Positions 51,126-61,820 of a stretch of 64,000 bases of DNA are shown here, piece by piece. Both the position numbers and the translations under genes were made by a program. The notes under the pieces were generated by a model. It saw only the letters and a list, made by a program, of their open reading frames with translations. It was not told the DNA's origin and searched no databases. Source of the DNA: an uncultured delta proteobacterium (lineage in GTDB: Bacteria; Desulfobacterota; Binatia; UBA9968); assembly GCA_963771465.1 (NCBI GenBank), contig CAVYTU010000014.1, forward strand, positions 832,001 to 896,000, given 5' to 3'. The stretch's first letter is position 1, and each line of letters begins with the position of its first letter.

Positions 51126-51545
51126 GTGAATGATACAGTCCAATCCGACCTCGACGTGTGCCGTGAATTGTCGAGGTCTTTCCAGGGAACTTTGACATGG
51201 AAATGGGATTCGCGCTTTGAGACGGTTTTGGCTGAGTTTGGTGTAGATAAGAAAGATAATATTCGAGCTACCTTGGAACAACATCTCAGCGCCGCTTGGG
51301 ACAGCGCAAACGTCGGTAACGCCCCGGATACTGTTCGTGTAATCAAAGATGATCTCGGCGGTCTCATGGCCGGACAAATACTTTTCACCTCCGATCCGAA
51401 CCGCGGCGTCGTGCTCTTTTGTGCCTGGTGGCCGTGGGGCAACGGTGAAAAAATTTCTATTCGCGTTGGGTTATGGTCTAAGCAATTATCGGATGCAGAG
51501 TATGCTGAGAATTTGCAACAGTTAAAGGTTTGTTTCGGATTGTAA
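51126..51545 (+). CDS. Hypothetical protein
   Basis: 139-aa ORF filling the gap, with conserved-looking WKWDSRF and AWWPWG motifs. Confidence 0.65.
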   Translation: MNDTVQSDLDVCRELSRSFQGTLTWKWDSRFETVLAEFGVDKKDNIRATLEQHLSAAWDSANVGNAPDTVRVIKDDLGGLMAGQILFTSDPNRGVVLFCAWWPWGNGEKISIRVGLWSKQLSDAEYAENLQQLKVCFGL

Positions 51546-51608
51546 GGTTTACCGAGAAGAATGAGTTAGCGCAAAGCGCGCCAAGTGCGCTATGAATTTC
51601 GGCAGCTT

Positions 51609-51637
51609 AAAGGGCGGGTTTCACACCCGCCCTTTTT
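51609..51637 (+). terminator. Intrinsic terminator / REP-like hairpin
   Basis: aaagggcgggt-ttcac-acccgcccttt followed by Ts. Confidence 0.7.
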
Positions 51638-51658
51638 GCTGTTGCAGCGGAGTGTCGA

Positions 51659-52612
51659 GTGGCGGGAACGAGTCTTTTAGCTCTTATCGATGACATCGCG
51701 TCGATTCTCGACGACATTGCCGTGTTGAGCAAAGTCGCCGCGAAAAAGACCGCTGGCGTACTCGGCGACGATCTCGCGCTCAACGCGCACCAGGTAGCGG
51801 GTGTGCAAACCGACCGCGAATTACCTGTCGTATGGGCAGTGGCCAAAGGCTCGTTCAAAAATAAAGCGATACTTGTGCCGGCGGCTCTCGTCATCAGCGC
51901 TGTTGTTCCCTGGGCGATCGCGCCACTGTTGATGATTGGTGGTGCGTATCTCTGTTATGAGGGCTGCGAAAAAATTGCTCATAAGTTAATGCATGTTGAG
52001 ACGGAAGACGCGCATCGCGCGGAGCACTTAAAAGCGTTGGCCAACCCGGCTGTGGATTTGGTCGCTATCGAGAAAGACAAAATTCAAGGCGCCATCCGCA
52101 CAGACTTCATTTTGTCCGCCGAGATCGTCGTGATCTCGTTGGGTACGGTGGCCAATGCCGCATTCGGCAAACAAGTCGCCGTATTGTGCGCCATTGCCAT
52201 CCTCATGACCGTCGGGGTTTACGGCATCGTTGCCGGAATAGTGAAGCTGGATGATGCCGGGCTGCACTTGAGCCGAAAGACCGGCAATTTTTTCTGGCGC
52301 AAAATCCAGCGCGTTGTTGGCGCAGCGCTGTTAAACCTGTCGCCCTACCTGATGAAGGGATTATCGATCGTCGGCACCATCGCCATGTTCATGGTCGGCG
52401 GCGGTATTCTTATGCATGGTATCCCCGGCGCGCACGAGTGGATTGAACGCTTGGCCCACGGCGCCGGCGCGATTCCCGGCGTCGGTGGATTGCTAGAAAC
52501 CGTCCTGCCCACACTGCTCGGTGTATTGGTAGGTATTCTTGCTGGCGCGCTCGTTCTCGTGGGAGTGACGGTCGCGAGAAGATTACTTCGAATGATCAAA
52601 AGAGCGAGCTAA
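51659..52612 (+). CDS. DUF808 (YedI-like) inner membrane protein
   Basis: [57 protein letters not shown]. Confidence 0.92.
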   Translation: MAGTSLLALIDDIASILDDIAVLSKVAAKKTAGVLGDDLALNAHQVAGVQTDRELPVVWAVAKGSFKNKAILVPAALVISAVVPWAIAPLLMIGGAYLCYEGCEKIAHKLMHVETEDAHRAEHLKALANPAVDLVAIEKDKIQGAIRTDFILSAEIVVISLGTVANAAFGKQVAVLCAIAILMTVGVYGIVAGIVKLDDAGLHLSRKTGNFFWRKIQRVVGAALLNLSPYLMKGLSIVGTIAMFMVGGGILMHGIPGAHEWIERLAHGAGAIPGVGGLLETVLPTLLGVLVGILAGALVLVGVTVARRLLRMIKRAS

Positions 52613-52651
52613 GCGCGCTGCAATAGTCGAAGCTCAGAATCGTTGCTTCGC

Positions 52652-53722
52652 TCACCGACCCAAGAATATCTGGCTAAACTCCTTGCCGGTCTGGTCCATG
52701 ATCGGGCCGATGAAGTCGACGTCGACGAGAAACGATTCTTTTTGGACTAATTCCGGAAATCTTTGTTTGACTCCCTTTCTCGCAACCACACGGCCGAAGG
52801 TGGTGATCATCGATTGTCCTTCTTCGGACAGGGACCAATCGTAGAACAGGGCGGCGGCGTGTGGATGGGGCGCGTGGCGCGCGAGCATGAGCTTATTGGC
52901 CTGGGCGAAGTAGGGATCGAGGATCACTTGATCGACGGGCGCGCCGGCGGCTTTCAGGTCCAACACGGTGTGGCCTGAGAGCACGATGGCGATGGGCCGC
53001 TCGCCGGCGGCGAGCAGCTGGGTTTGTTGCGTGCGGCCGCGCATCATGCGCAAGTCCTGCTTCGCCAGGGCTCTCATGTATTGCAGCGCTTTGTCCCGCC
53101 CCCAGTGTTTTTGCAATACCGCGGACCACTCGTACGCTTCGTCGTCAAAAAACATGTTGCTTTTCCATCTTGGATGGAGCAGGTCTTCATAGGTTTTCGG
53201 CAGCTCGGCGGGTTTGACCATTTTGGTGTTGTAGCCGAGCACGATGGGGATTACGTAGAACGAAACAAAGTAGCCGTCCTTGTCTTTATTCGGCCCAGTG
53301 TAAAAATCGCGCTGCGGCGAGAGGTAAGGATCGAGGGCGCCGATCTTTTTGATCGCCGATCCCTGTTCGGAGGAACCGTTGGTGACATCGAACAGATTAT
53401 TGCCGGCGTTCAATTCGGTCTGAATCTTGAGCACCTGGCGATTGCCCGAGACCCGGTAGGGATTCACTTTGATAAACGGATAGCGTTTTTGAAAAACCCG
53501 GGTGAACGGATCGATCTGCTGGGCTTGGAGTGAGCTGTAGAAAACCACCTCGCCTTCGGCCTTGGCTTTTTCTACCAACACTTTCTGGCGTTGGTCCGGC
53601 GGAAGCTTGTTGACCCTGGCGAGAATCTGTCCGGCAGTTTCAGCCGCGGCACCCGCATAGGCTGGAGCCACGCTGCCAGCGAAGAAAACGGTAGCGAGCA
53701 ACACTAAGGTTAGGTTCGTCAT
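52652..53722 (-). CDS. ABC substrate-binding protein (Fe3+/polyamine-type)
   Basis: Start ATG 53722 with AGGAGG; signal peptide, AKAEGEVVFY, YNT, DLLHPRWK, APHPHAA. Confidence 0.9.
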   Translation of the reverse strand: MTNLTLVLLATVFFAGSVAPAYAGAAAETAGQILARVNKLPPDQRQKVLVEKAKAEGEVVFYSSLQAQQIDPFTRVFQKRYPFIKVNPYRVSGNRQVLKIQTELNAGNNLFDVTNGSSEQGSAIKKIGALDPYLSPQRDFYTGPNKDKDGYFVSFYVIPIVLGYNTKMVKPAELPKTYEDLLHPRWKSNMFFDDEAYEWSAVLQKHWGRDKALQYMRALAKQDLRMMRGRTQQTQLLAAGERPIAIVLSGHTVLDLKAAGAPVDQVILDPYFAQANKLMLARHAPHPHAAALFYDWSLSEEGQSMITTFGRVVARKGVKQRFPELVQKESFLVDVDFIGPIMDQTGKEFSQIFLGR

Positions 53723-53915
53723 GGGTCGGGTCCTCCTAAAATCTGCCGGTCGGATGTTGAGCTGATCGCAATCCTTATCCCAGTGTGCGTGGCTTGTGTC
53801 AAGTGAGCTCTCCCTTGACTGCCAAGACGGGAGATTGTGTTGACACAAATTTGGCGATTCGATAGCGTCACGGCGGCTAGTTATAGCGAAGCTGGCGCCA
53901 ATTCGGAGGCAATTT

Positions 53916-54767
53916 ATGGGTGAGCTCAAGCCGGCCAAGAGCGGCAAAGTCAAAGTCGACGACGTCAATCTCTACTACGAAATCTACGGCCAAGGCGATC
54001 CGTTAGTGCTGGTCGCTGGCACCGGAATTAGCTGCGCGCCATGGCGCGTCGCGCAGGTGCCGGAGTTCGCCAAACATTATCAAGTCGTCATTTACGATCA
54101 TCGCGGTCTGGGCCGCAGCGACAAGCCGGACATGCCGTATGACACGCGCATGTTTGCCAAAGACTGCGCCGGTTTGATGGATGCGCTTGGCATCAAGCGC
54201 GCGCATATGATGGGTCACTCCATGGGCGCGCGGGTATTACAATGGTTTGCGCTAGATTATCCCGACAAGGTTCGTAGTTTGACTCTCTCCGGGCCGGGCT
54301 CGGGAAAATACCACGAGTCGCTGGACTATCCGCGCGGCGTGCCGATGGATGCGGCGCTTGAGATGATCGAGAAAGGCTATCAGAAATACCAGAGCGATCA
54401 TTGGGGGCCGGGCTTCATGTTCAGCGAACAGTTTTTGCAAGACCATCCCGACGTCGTCAAAAAGTACCAGGAGCTGATCGTCGACGAAGTGCCGCCGTTA
54501 AAATGTTACCTGCGCCATGTGGTGGCGCGTCAATGTCACGAGACGACTCATCTGATTCATAACATCAAAGCGCCGACCCTGGTCATCGTCGGCAGTAAAG
54601 ACACGCACGAAGGCGGCACCGGCAGCCACGTCGAGTCCGCCAAGGTGCTGGCGCAAAAAATCCCCGGTGCCGAACTGGTTCTCGTCGAGGGCGGCCGGCA
54701 TGGCTATTTGCGCGAGATGCCGGAGAAGGGACATCCACCGATCTTGGATTTCTTGCGGCGCCATTAG
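53916..54767 (+). CDS. Alpha/beta hydrolase (enol-lactonase-like)
   Basis: YDHRGLGRS, GHSMG, PTLVIVG.KD, GRH. Confidence 0.92.
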   Translation: MGELKPAKSGKVKVDDVNLYYEIYGQGDPLVLVAGTGISCAPWRVAQVPEFAKHYQVVIYDHRGLGRSDKPDMPYDTRMFAKDCAGLMDALGIKRAHMMGHSMGARVLQWFALDYPDKVRSLTLSGPGSGKYHESLDYPRGVPMDAALEMIEKGYQKYQSDHWGPGFMFSEQFLQDHPDVVKKYQELIVDEVPPLKCYLRHVVARQCHETTHLIHNIKAPTLVIVGSKDTHEGGTGSHVESAKVLAQKIPGAELVLVEGGRHGYLREMPEKGHPPILDFLRRH

Positions 54768-54789
54768 CGCAACGATCGCTGGGCTGACT

Positions 54790-56076
54790 ATGAACAAAAA
54801 AGAGATCATCGAAAAGCAAAATAAGTATCTCTTCTCATGCGTGGCAACTTATTATGACGAGCCGCTGGTCATCGATCACGCCAAGGACCATTCGGTATTC
54901 GACGCCGATGGCAAAGAGTATCTGGATTTTTTCGGCGGTATTCTCACGGTCAGCGTCGGCCACTGCAACGACAAAGTGACCCAGGCGATCGACGAGCAGA
55001 CTCACAAAGTCCAGCACCTGTCGACGCTCTACGCCAACGAGCCGCAGGTGTTGTTGGCGGAAAAGTTGGCGCAAATCACACCTGGCCGTTTGGAAAAATC
55101 TTTTTTCACCAACAGCGGCACCGAGGCGAACGAGACCGCGGTGTTGCTGGCGCAGATTTATACCAAATGCCAAGACGTGATTACGTTGCGGCATAGCTAC
55201 AGCGGCCGTTCCTATTTGGCGCTGAGCTTGTCGGCGCAGTCGAGCTGGCGCTTGATGCCCAATGTCGTTCCCGGCGTGCACCATATCGCCAATGCGTATT
55301 GCTATCGCTGTCCTTTCGGTCTCACCTATCCGAGCTGCGATTTGAAATGCGCCAAAGACGCCGAGGAAGCGATTCAGACGATGACGTCGCAGGGGCGGGT
55401 GGCGGCGTTTCTCGCCGAGCCGATTCAAGGCGTCGGCGGTTTCATCGTGCCGCCCAAGGAATATTTCAAAGAGATCGTCGGCATCATCCGCAAATACGGC
55501 GGCTTGTTCATCGCCGATGAAGTGCAGACCGGCTGGGGGCGCACCGGCGGCAAGATGTTCGGCATCGAACATTGGGGCGTCGATCCCGACATCATGACGT
55601 TCGCCAAAGGCATGGCCAACGGTGTGCCGATTGGCGCAACCATCGCTACACCTGAAGTCGCGGACAGCATGAAGGGCAACACGATTTCGACTTTCGGCGG
55701 CAATCCGGTGACTTGCAGCGCGGCTAAAGCGACGATCTCGGTGATTGAAGAAGAAGGTTTAGTCGAGAATGCCCGGGTAATGGGCAACCGCTTGCGCGAC
55801 GGTTTAAACGCCTTGCAGCAAAAATATCCGATCATCGGCGATGTGCGCGGCATGGGCTTGATGCAGGGCATGGAACTAGTCGGTGAGCAGAAAAAGCCCG
55901 ACAGCGAAAGCACCAAGCGGGTCATGGAACTGACAAAAAATAATGGACTCCTGCTCGGCAAGGGCGGCACCTATGGCAACGTTTTGCGCGTCGCACCGTC
56001 GCTCAATGTCAATAAGGATGAAGTCGACCATGCGCTCAAAGTGTTGGACCAGTCGTTCGGTCAGTTGGGTCAATAG
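54790..56076 (+). CDS. Class III PLP aminotransferase (AGXT2/GABA-AT-like)
   Basis: YLDFFGG, NSGTEANE, AEPIQGVGG, DEVQTG.GRTG, AKGMANG, STFGGNP. Confidence 0.93.
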   Translation: MNKKEIIEKQNKYLFSCVATYYDEPLVIDHAKDHSVFDADGKEYLDFFGGILTVSVGHCNDKVTQAIDEQTHKVQHLSTLYANEPQVLLAEKLAQITPGRLEKSFFTNSGTEANETAVLLAQIYTKCQDVITLRHSYSGRSYLALSLSAQSSWRLMPNVVPGVHHIANAYCYRCPFGLTYPSCDLKCAKDAEEAIQTMTSQGRVAAFLAEPIQGVGGFIVPPKEYFKEIVGIIRKYGGLFIADEVQTGWGRTGGKMFGIEHWGVDPDIMTFAKGMANGVPIGATIATPEVADSMKGNTISTFGGNPVTCSAAKATISVIEEEGLVENARVMGNRLRDGLNALQQKYPIIGDVRGMGLMQGMELVGEQKKPDSESTKRVMELTKNNGLLLGKGGTYGNVLRVAPSLNVNKDEVDHALKVLDQSFGQLGQ

Positions 56077-56148
56077 GTGCCGATCGTGATTTGTGCAGTG
56101 TTAAGAAAGTTTTTGCGATTATCGATCATCTGGTGGTAGATATCCCCA

Positions 56149-57147
56149 ATGAACCGCCTTGTACGTAGAACCGTCGGCGCGATTCCGGTCATTATCGGCA
56201 TATCTTTTTTAATCTTCTTGCTGTTGCATCTTGCGCCCGGCGACCCGGTGACGCTCATGCTTGGCGACAACGCGACGCCGCAAGATGTCGAAAATTTACG
56301 CCGCGAATTACGCCTCGACCAGCCGATCTTGGTGCAATACTGGGAGTTTGTCTCGCGCGCCGTGCGCGGCGACTTCGGCAAGTCGCTTAAGTTTAACGAA
56401 CCGGTGATGAAGTTAGTCGCCGAGCGTCTGCCGGCAACTTTAGAACTTGCGTTTGCCAGTCTCTTGGTCGCGATCACCATCGCCGTGCCGTTGGGCGTCT
56501 ATTCGGCGATCAAGCACAATTCCCTGCTCGATCATGCCGGCATGAGCGTCGCGTTGATCGGTGTTTCACTGCCCAACTTTTGGCTCGGTATCATGCTGAT
56601 TTATTTTCTCGGCGGCCAGCTTAATCTTTTGCCGGTAGCCGGCCGGATCGAGTACGGCATCGAGATTAAGACGATCACCGGTCTATATTTGCTGGATAGT
56701 TTGCTGACGGGAAACCTCACGGCTTTTTGGAGCGCGTTTCAGCACTTGCTCATGCCGGCGGTAACGCTCGGCTCGGCACTGGCGGCCATCGTCACCCGCA
56801 TTTCGCGCTCCAGCGTGCTCGAAGTGATGCGTCAAGATTACGTCGTGACCGCGAGGGCGAAGGGACTTAATGAGAAAACCGTGATCTGGCGTCATATCTT
56901 GCGCAACGCGTTGATTACGATCGTGACCATTTTGGGATTGCAACTAGGCGCGCTATTGAGCGGCTCGGTGGTTACCGAAACGGTATTCTCCTTTCCCGGC
57001 ATCGGCGATTTGCTGATCCAGTCGATCTCGGCGCGCGACTACAAACTCACGCAGGTGTTGATCTTGATGTTCGCCGTCACCTATTTCGTTGTCAACTTGT
57101 TGGTCGATCTGCTCTACAGTTGGATCGATCCCAGGATTAAGTTCTAA
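56149..57147 (+). CDS. dppB: Peptide/nickel ABC permease (DppB-like)
   Basis: PGDP, LPATLEL, PNFW, ARAKGL EAA loop, ETVFS.PG. Confidence 0.92.
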   Translation: MNRLVRRTVGAIPVIIGISFLIFLLLHLAPGDPVTLMLGDNATPQDVENLRRELRLDQPILVQYWEFVSRAVRGDFGKSLKFNEPVMKLVAERLPATLELAFASLLVAITIAVPLGVYSAIKHNSLLDHAGMSVALIGVSLPNFWLGIMLIYFLGGQLNLLPVAGRIEYGIEIKTITGLYLLDSLLTGNLTAFWSAFQHLLMPAVTLGSALAAIVTRISRSSVLEVMRQDYVVTARAKGLNEKTVIWRHILRNALITIVTILGLQLGALLSGSVVTETVFSFPGIGDLLIQSISARDYKLTQVLILMFAVTYFVVNLLVDLLYSWIDPRIKF

Positions 57148-57986
57148 TGTTTTCACAGCGTTTTTTAAAAATCTGGGTCGGCGGCGCGATCCTTAGTTTG
57201 CTTATCGTTTGCGGCGTCGCCGCGCCGCTACTGGCGCCGCGCGATCCCCAGGCGCAGACCTTGGAAGATCGTCTGCGGCCGCCGCGTTGGCTTGAAAGCG
57301 GCTCGCAAGCCTATTTACTCGGTACCGACAATCTCGGCCGCGATATGCTGAGCCGGATTATTTACGGCTCGAGAATTTCTTTGATGGTCGGCGTCGCGAC
57401 GGTGTTGTTTGCCGGACTGGTCGGCTGCACGCTTGGCGCCGTGGCTGGCTATTTTGGCAGCACCGCCGATGAAGTCGTCAGCAAGGTTTCGGAAATCTTT
57501 CTCGCTTTTCCATTTCTATTGATCGCCATCGCGATCATGGCGTTTCTCGGCCAAGGGGTCGGTAATCTGATCATGGCGCTGATGCTCAGCCGCTGGGTGC
57601 AGTATTGCCGGGTGGTGCGCGGCGAAGTGCTGTCGCTCAAGGAGCGCGACTTTGTCACTGCCGCCAAGGCGCTGGGCGGTAGAGATTTTTACGTGCTGTT
57701 TCGCCACGTGGTGCCCAATACCTTCGCTAGCGTTACGGTCATCGCCACGTTTGGCATGGCGATCGTGATCATTACCGAAGCGAGCTTGAGCTTTCTCGGT
57801 CTGGGAGTGCCGGCGCATATTCCGACTTGGGGTTCGATGTTGAGCGAAGGCCGGAGCTATATCAACCGCGCGCCGTGGCTGACGATTTTTCCCGGCATGG
57901 CGATTTTTATCACAGTCTTCGGCATTAACTTACTCGGTGATGGCTTGCGCGACGTTTTCGATCCGAAGCTGAGAAGGCAGAGATAG
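57147..57986 (+). CDS. dppC: Peptide/nickel ABC permease (DppC-like)
   Basis: LGTD.LGRD, RISL, AKALG, SFLGLG, WG.ML, GDGLRD; coupled to dppB. Confidence 0.92.
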   Translation: MFSQRFLKIWVGGAILSLLIVCGVAAPLLAPRDPQAQTLEDRLRPPRWLESGSQAYLLGTDNLGRDMLSRIIYGSRISLMVGVATVLFAGLVGCTLGAVAGYFGSTADEVVSKVSEIFLAFPFLLIAIAIMAFLGQGVGNLIMALMLSRWVQYCRVVRGEVLSLKERDFVTAAKALGGRDFYVLFRHVVPNTFASVTVIATFGMAIVIITEASLSFLGLGVPAHIPTWGSMLSEGRSYINRAPWLTIFPGMAIFITVFGINLLGDGLRDVFDPKLRRQR

Positions 57987-58053
57987 GAAGACAGATAGAG
58001 AATCGAGAATAGTTAGAGATACAGAATCGAAAATAGAAACAAGGGAGCGTTTT

Positions 58054-59592
58054 ATGGCAACGAAAAAAGTCGGCGTTAGCCGGCGAGAGTTTTTGAAAAA
58101 AAGTTCGGCCTTCGCCATCGGCGCCGCGGCGTGGCCGCAGTTTTTACGCAGCGCGCATGGCGCATCGCGCGATCGCGTGACTATTTTTCATTCGAGCGTC
58201 GCCGATTCGATCCATCCGTATAATCATAGCTCGAGTCCAATCTACGGACAGTGGCAGCATGTCATCGAACCGCTCTTCGAGTACGATTTCAAGCGTAAAG
58301 ACTATATCGGCGTGCTCGCCGAGTCGTGGCAGTTCCAAGGCAACAAATGGGTTTTCAAACTCAGAAAAGGCATCAAGTTCCACGACGGCACGCCGTTCAC
58401 CTCCAAAGACGTGGCGTTCTCGGTGGAGAGAATGCGCGATGAAAAAGGCGGTAGCCTGCAGGCGCCGAATTTCAAAGACATCGTCGAAATCCAGACGCCC
58501 GACGATCAAACGGTTATCTTCGTCACCAAACAACCCAACGCGATTTTGTTGGATCGCCTGGACAATCGGCTGATCGTCAGCAAGGCGGCGGGCGATAAAT
58601 ACGGCGACAAGCTTTATGAAAATCTGGTCGGCACCGGGCCCTACAAGTTCGTCAGCTATCAACGCGGCGGCCATTTGGTTTTCACCCGCAACGATGACTA
58701 TTGGGGGCCCAAAGCGGCGATCAAGGAAGTGATCTTCAAGAAAGTCACGGAAGATGCGGCGCGATTGGCGGCGCTGGAATCCGGTCAAGCGGATTTCATC
58801 AACAACGTGCCGGATCACGAAGTGCCGCGCTTGAAAAAACACCCGCGCATTCGCATCGATCAACTCGAAGGCACGCGGATGTTCTTCCTGGCGATGAATT
58901 TCGCCTTCAAACCTTGGGACAACAAACTAGTCCGCCAAGCGGCTAACTACAGCGTCGACGCGCCGGCGATCGTGCGCAATATTTTTGACGGCATCGGTTA
59001 TCCCTGTAACGGACCGGTGGGCGCGAATGTGCTGGGTGCCGATCCCAAGCTAAAACGCTATCCGTACGATCCGCAAAAAGCCAAACAATTGCTGGCCCAA
59101 GCGGGTTATCCCAACGGCTGCGACATTCAGCTCTATTACTCTGCGGGACGGTATCCGAAGGACCGGGAAGTTTGCCAAGTCGTCGCCGCGCAGATGGTCA
59201 AAGGCGGATTTCGCGTCGAGTTGATTTCGCAAGAGTGGGCGCTGTTTTGGGACAAGCAGGGTGTCAACGGCGGAAGGTTGCCTTTTTATTATATCGGCCG
59301 CGGCGGTCTGATCGATGCGGATACGCTCTACGATCAATATTTTCGCACCGGCACGACCCGACGCACTAACTACAGCAACCCGGACCTCGATAAGTTGGTT
59401 GAAGAGCAACAGAAGACACCGGAAAGCAAAAAGCGCATCGCGCTGCTGCAGCAAGCGGGGAAATACATCATGGACGAGGCGCTTTTCATACCGCTCTATA
59501 ATCTCGCCGATATTTATGGCACGGCGAAAAATTTAGATTGGAAAACCCGCCCCGACGAACGCGTGATGGCGCGGGACATGAGAATCAAATAA
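58054..59592 (+). CDS. Family-5 solute-binding protein with Tat signal
   Basis: SRREFLK, LRKGIKFHDG, GTGPYKF, VRQA. Confidence 0.92.
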   Translation: MATKKVGVSRREFLKKSSAFAIGAAAWPQFLRSAHGASRDRVTIFHSSVADSIHPYNHSSSPIYGQWQHVIEPLFEYDFKRKDYIGVLAESWQFQGNKWVFKLRKGIKFHDGTPFTSKDVAFSVERMRDEKGGSLQAPNFKDIVEIQTPDDQTVIFVTKQPNAILLDRLDNRLIVSKAAGDKYGDKLYENLVGTGPYKFVSYQRGGHLVFTRNDDYWGPKAAIKEVIFKKVTEDAARLAALESGQADFINNVPDHEVPRLKKHPRIRIDQLEGTRMFFLAMNFAFKPWDNKLVRQAANYSVDAPAIVRNIFDGIGYPCNGPVGANVLGADPKLKRYPYDPQKAKQLLAQAGYPNGCDIQLYYSAGRYPKDREVCQVVAAQMVKGGFRVELISQEWALFWDKQGVNGGRLPFYYIGRGGLIDADTLYDQYFRTGTTRRTNYSNPDLDKLVEEQQKTPESKKRIALLQQAGKYIMDEALFIPLYNLADIYGTAKNLDWKTRPDERVMARDMRIK

Positions 59593-59643
59593 ACCGGGAT
59601 GGCGGGATTCCGCGCGTTACCGACTTACCGACGGGAGATGAGT

Positions 59644-60005
59644 ATGGCTTTGAAGCGCAATGGGCCGATGCGCCGAGATTTCTTGAAGTATAGCGGCTTG
59701 GCTGGGTTTGGTGCCGCGCTGGGCGATTCTGTCTTGAACCTCAGTTACGCCGCGTCGCGCGAGCGGCTGACCATTCTTAGCAGCATCGCCCTCGACACGC
59801 TCCATCCCTATGCCCATAGTTCGAGTCCGCATTACGGCATTTGGAATAATATGCTCGAGCCGCTGGTGGAGGTCGACTACGGCAAGAAAACCTATTTCGG
59901 CATCCTGGCTCAGTCTTGGGAGTTCCAGGGAAGAAATAGATTTTCAAATCCTGGAAGGCGCTGCCGGATGAGAAAATTCTCGCCGGCACCATGAAAATCG
60001 CCTAA
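59644..60005 (+). pseudogene. Internally deleted family-5 SBP paralog
   Basis: Tat signal and N-terminus up to WEFQG, then a 1-nt deletion, TGG>TAG, and a jump to the C-terminal WKALPDEKILAGTMKIA*. Confidence 0.85.
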
Positions 60006-60033
60006 CGATGCCGATTACGAAAGGAAATCGCCG

Positions 60034-61560
60034 ATGAGCTTGGATCAGCGCGGAATCAAGCGCAGAGATTTTCTTCAACGCGCCGCGCTGGCGGGCGTCG
60101 TCAGCGCGGTTTGGCCGGGTCTGATCGATGCCGCATCCAAGGACCGAGTAACGATTCTTAGCAGCATCGCTCTCGACACGCTTCATCCCTACGCCTATAG
60201 CTCCGGGCCGCAGTACGGTATCTGGTTCAACATGATCGAGCCGTTGGTCGACGTCGACTTCGCCAAGCGAAGTTATTTCGGCGTGCTCGCCGAGTCGTGG
60301 GAGTTTCAAGGCAAGAAGTGGGTTTTCAAACTGCGCAAGAACGTGCGCTTCCACGACGGTAGCCTGTTCACCGCCGCAGACGTGATCTACTCTTTCAACC
60401 GAATCAAGAACGACAAGCTCAGCCTGCAAAAAGAGAACTTCCGCGATCTCGTCGAGATGCAAGCGCTGGACGATCATACCATCGCGTTTATCACCGAAGC
60501 GCCCAACGCGGTATTTCTCGACCGGCTGGAGAACCGTTTCATCATCGCCAAAAACGGCACCGAAGCGCAGGGCGGCGAACCCGGCGAGCAAAAGCCCATC
60601 GGCACGGGACCCTTTCGCTTCGTCAGTTGGCAGCGCGACGGCAACCTGGTGGTGACGCGCCACGATCATTACTGGAGGACCAAAGCCGGAGTCAAAGAAA
60701 TCGTCACGCGCCGAGTCAGAGAGGACGCCGCCCGCGTCGCTGGATTATTGGCCGGTCAAGGCGATTTGATCAATAACGTGCCGGTCGAAGAACTGTCGCG
60801 CTTCGATAAACATGCCAAGATCAGGGCGGAAAAAGTCGAAGGGCAGCGGATGTATTTCCTCGCCATGAACGTGACGCACAAACCTTTCGACAACAAGCTG
60901 GTGCGCCAGGCGATCAATTACGCGGTCGACCCGACGACGATCATCAAGCATATCTATGAAGGTAACGGCTACGTCATGAACGGGCCCATGGGCACCAACG
61001 TGATCGGCTTCGATCCCAAGATCAAACGCTATCCGCTGGATCTCAAGAAGGGCAAGGAACTGCTCGACAAGGCAGGTTTCCCGCAGGGGTTGGAGGTCAA
61101 GCTTTATTTCTCGCCGGACCGCTATCCGAAGGCAAAAGAGGTCTGCCAAGTGATCGCCGATCAGTTGGCCAAGATCGGCATCAAAGTGGAACTGGTGTCG
61201 CAAGAGTTCGTTATTTTTTGGGGTAAGGACGGCGTCAACGGCGGTAAGCTGGGTTTTTACTACGTCGGGCGGCCGGCGACCGACGCCGACACGGTTTACG
61301 ATCAATACTATCGTTCCGGCGTGAGCCCGCGCATTCAGTACAAAAACCCCGAGTTCGACCGGATCATCGACGAAGAACAAAGAACTGGCGATCAGAAAAA
61401 GCGCGTCGCGTTGCTGCACCAGGCCGGACGCATCTTGATGGAAGACGTTCCGTTCGTGCCGCTTTACACCTTGGCCGAAATCTACGGCGTCGCGCGCAAC
61501 CTCGCCTGGAAAGCCCGGCCGGATGAAAAAATCCTCACCGGCGCAATGAAGATCGCGTAA
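60034..61560 (+). CDS. Family-5 solute-binding protein with Tat signal (paralog)
   Basis: KRRDFLQ, LRKNVRFHDG, GTGPF, VRQAIN. Confidence 0.92.
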   Translation: MSLDQRGIKRRDFLQRAALAGVVSAVWPGLIDAASKDRVTILSSIALDTLHPYAYSSGPQYGIWFNMIEPLVDVDFAKRSYFGVLAESWEFQGKKWVFKLRKNVRFHDGSLFTAADVIYSFNRIKNDKLSLQKENFRDLVEMQALDDHTIAFITEAPNAVFLDRLENRFIIAKNGTEAQGGEPGEQKPIGTGPFRFVSWQRDGNLVVTRHDHYWRTKAGVKEIVTRRVREDAARVAGLLAGQGDLINNVPVEELSRFDKHAKIRAEKVEGQRMYFLAMNVTHKPFDNKLVRQAINYAVDPTTIIKHIYEGNGYVMNGPMGTNVIGFDPKIKRYPLDLKKGKELLDKAGFPQGLEVKLYFSPDRYPKAKEVCQVIADQLAKIGIKVELVSQEFVIFWGKDGVNGGKLGFYYVGRPATDADTVYDQYYRSGVSPRIQYKNPEFDRIIDEEQRTGDQKKRVALLHQAGRILMEDVPFVPLYTLAEIYGVARNLAWKARPDEKILTGAMKIA

Positions 61561-61791
61561 ACCACGCGCGACTGCGAGCGCCGCGTTGGCAATCACTCGG
61601 GCAAAGGCCGGCAAGAAAAAGCGCTACGTCGCCCGAAGAGCACGCTGAGTTCGGATTCTTAATGCGAGGTATCTCGCGCCGGCGAAATTTTTCATGCACA
61701 CCCAGCCGACGAGATTGTTTTTCAGCCGGACAAAATTGCACGTCCGCGGCAAAGTTTCATAGTAAATTAGAGAATCCTTCGCACTATTCCT

Positions 61792-61807
61792 TGGCATGCG
61801 CGTTGCT
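61792..61807 (+). promoter_or_regulatory. Sigma54 (-24/-12) promoter
   Basis: TGGCAT-GCGCG-TTGCT, exact spacing, just upstream of ATG 61821. Confidence 0.65.
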
Positions 61808-61820
61808 CCTAAAAATGCCC

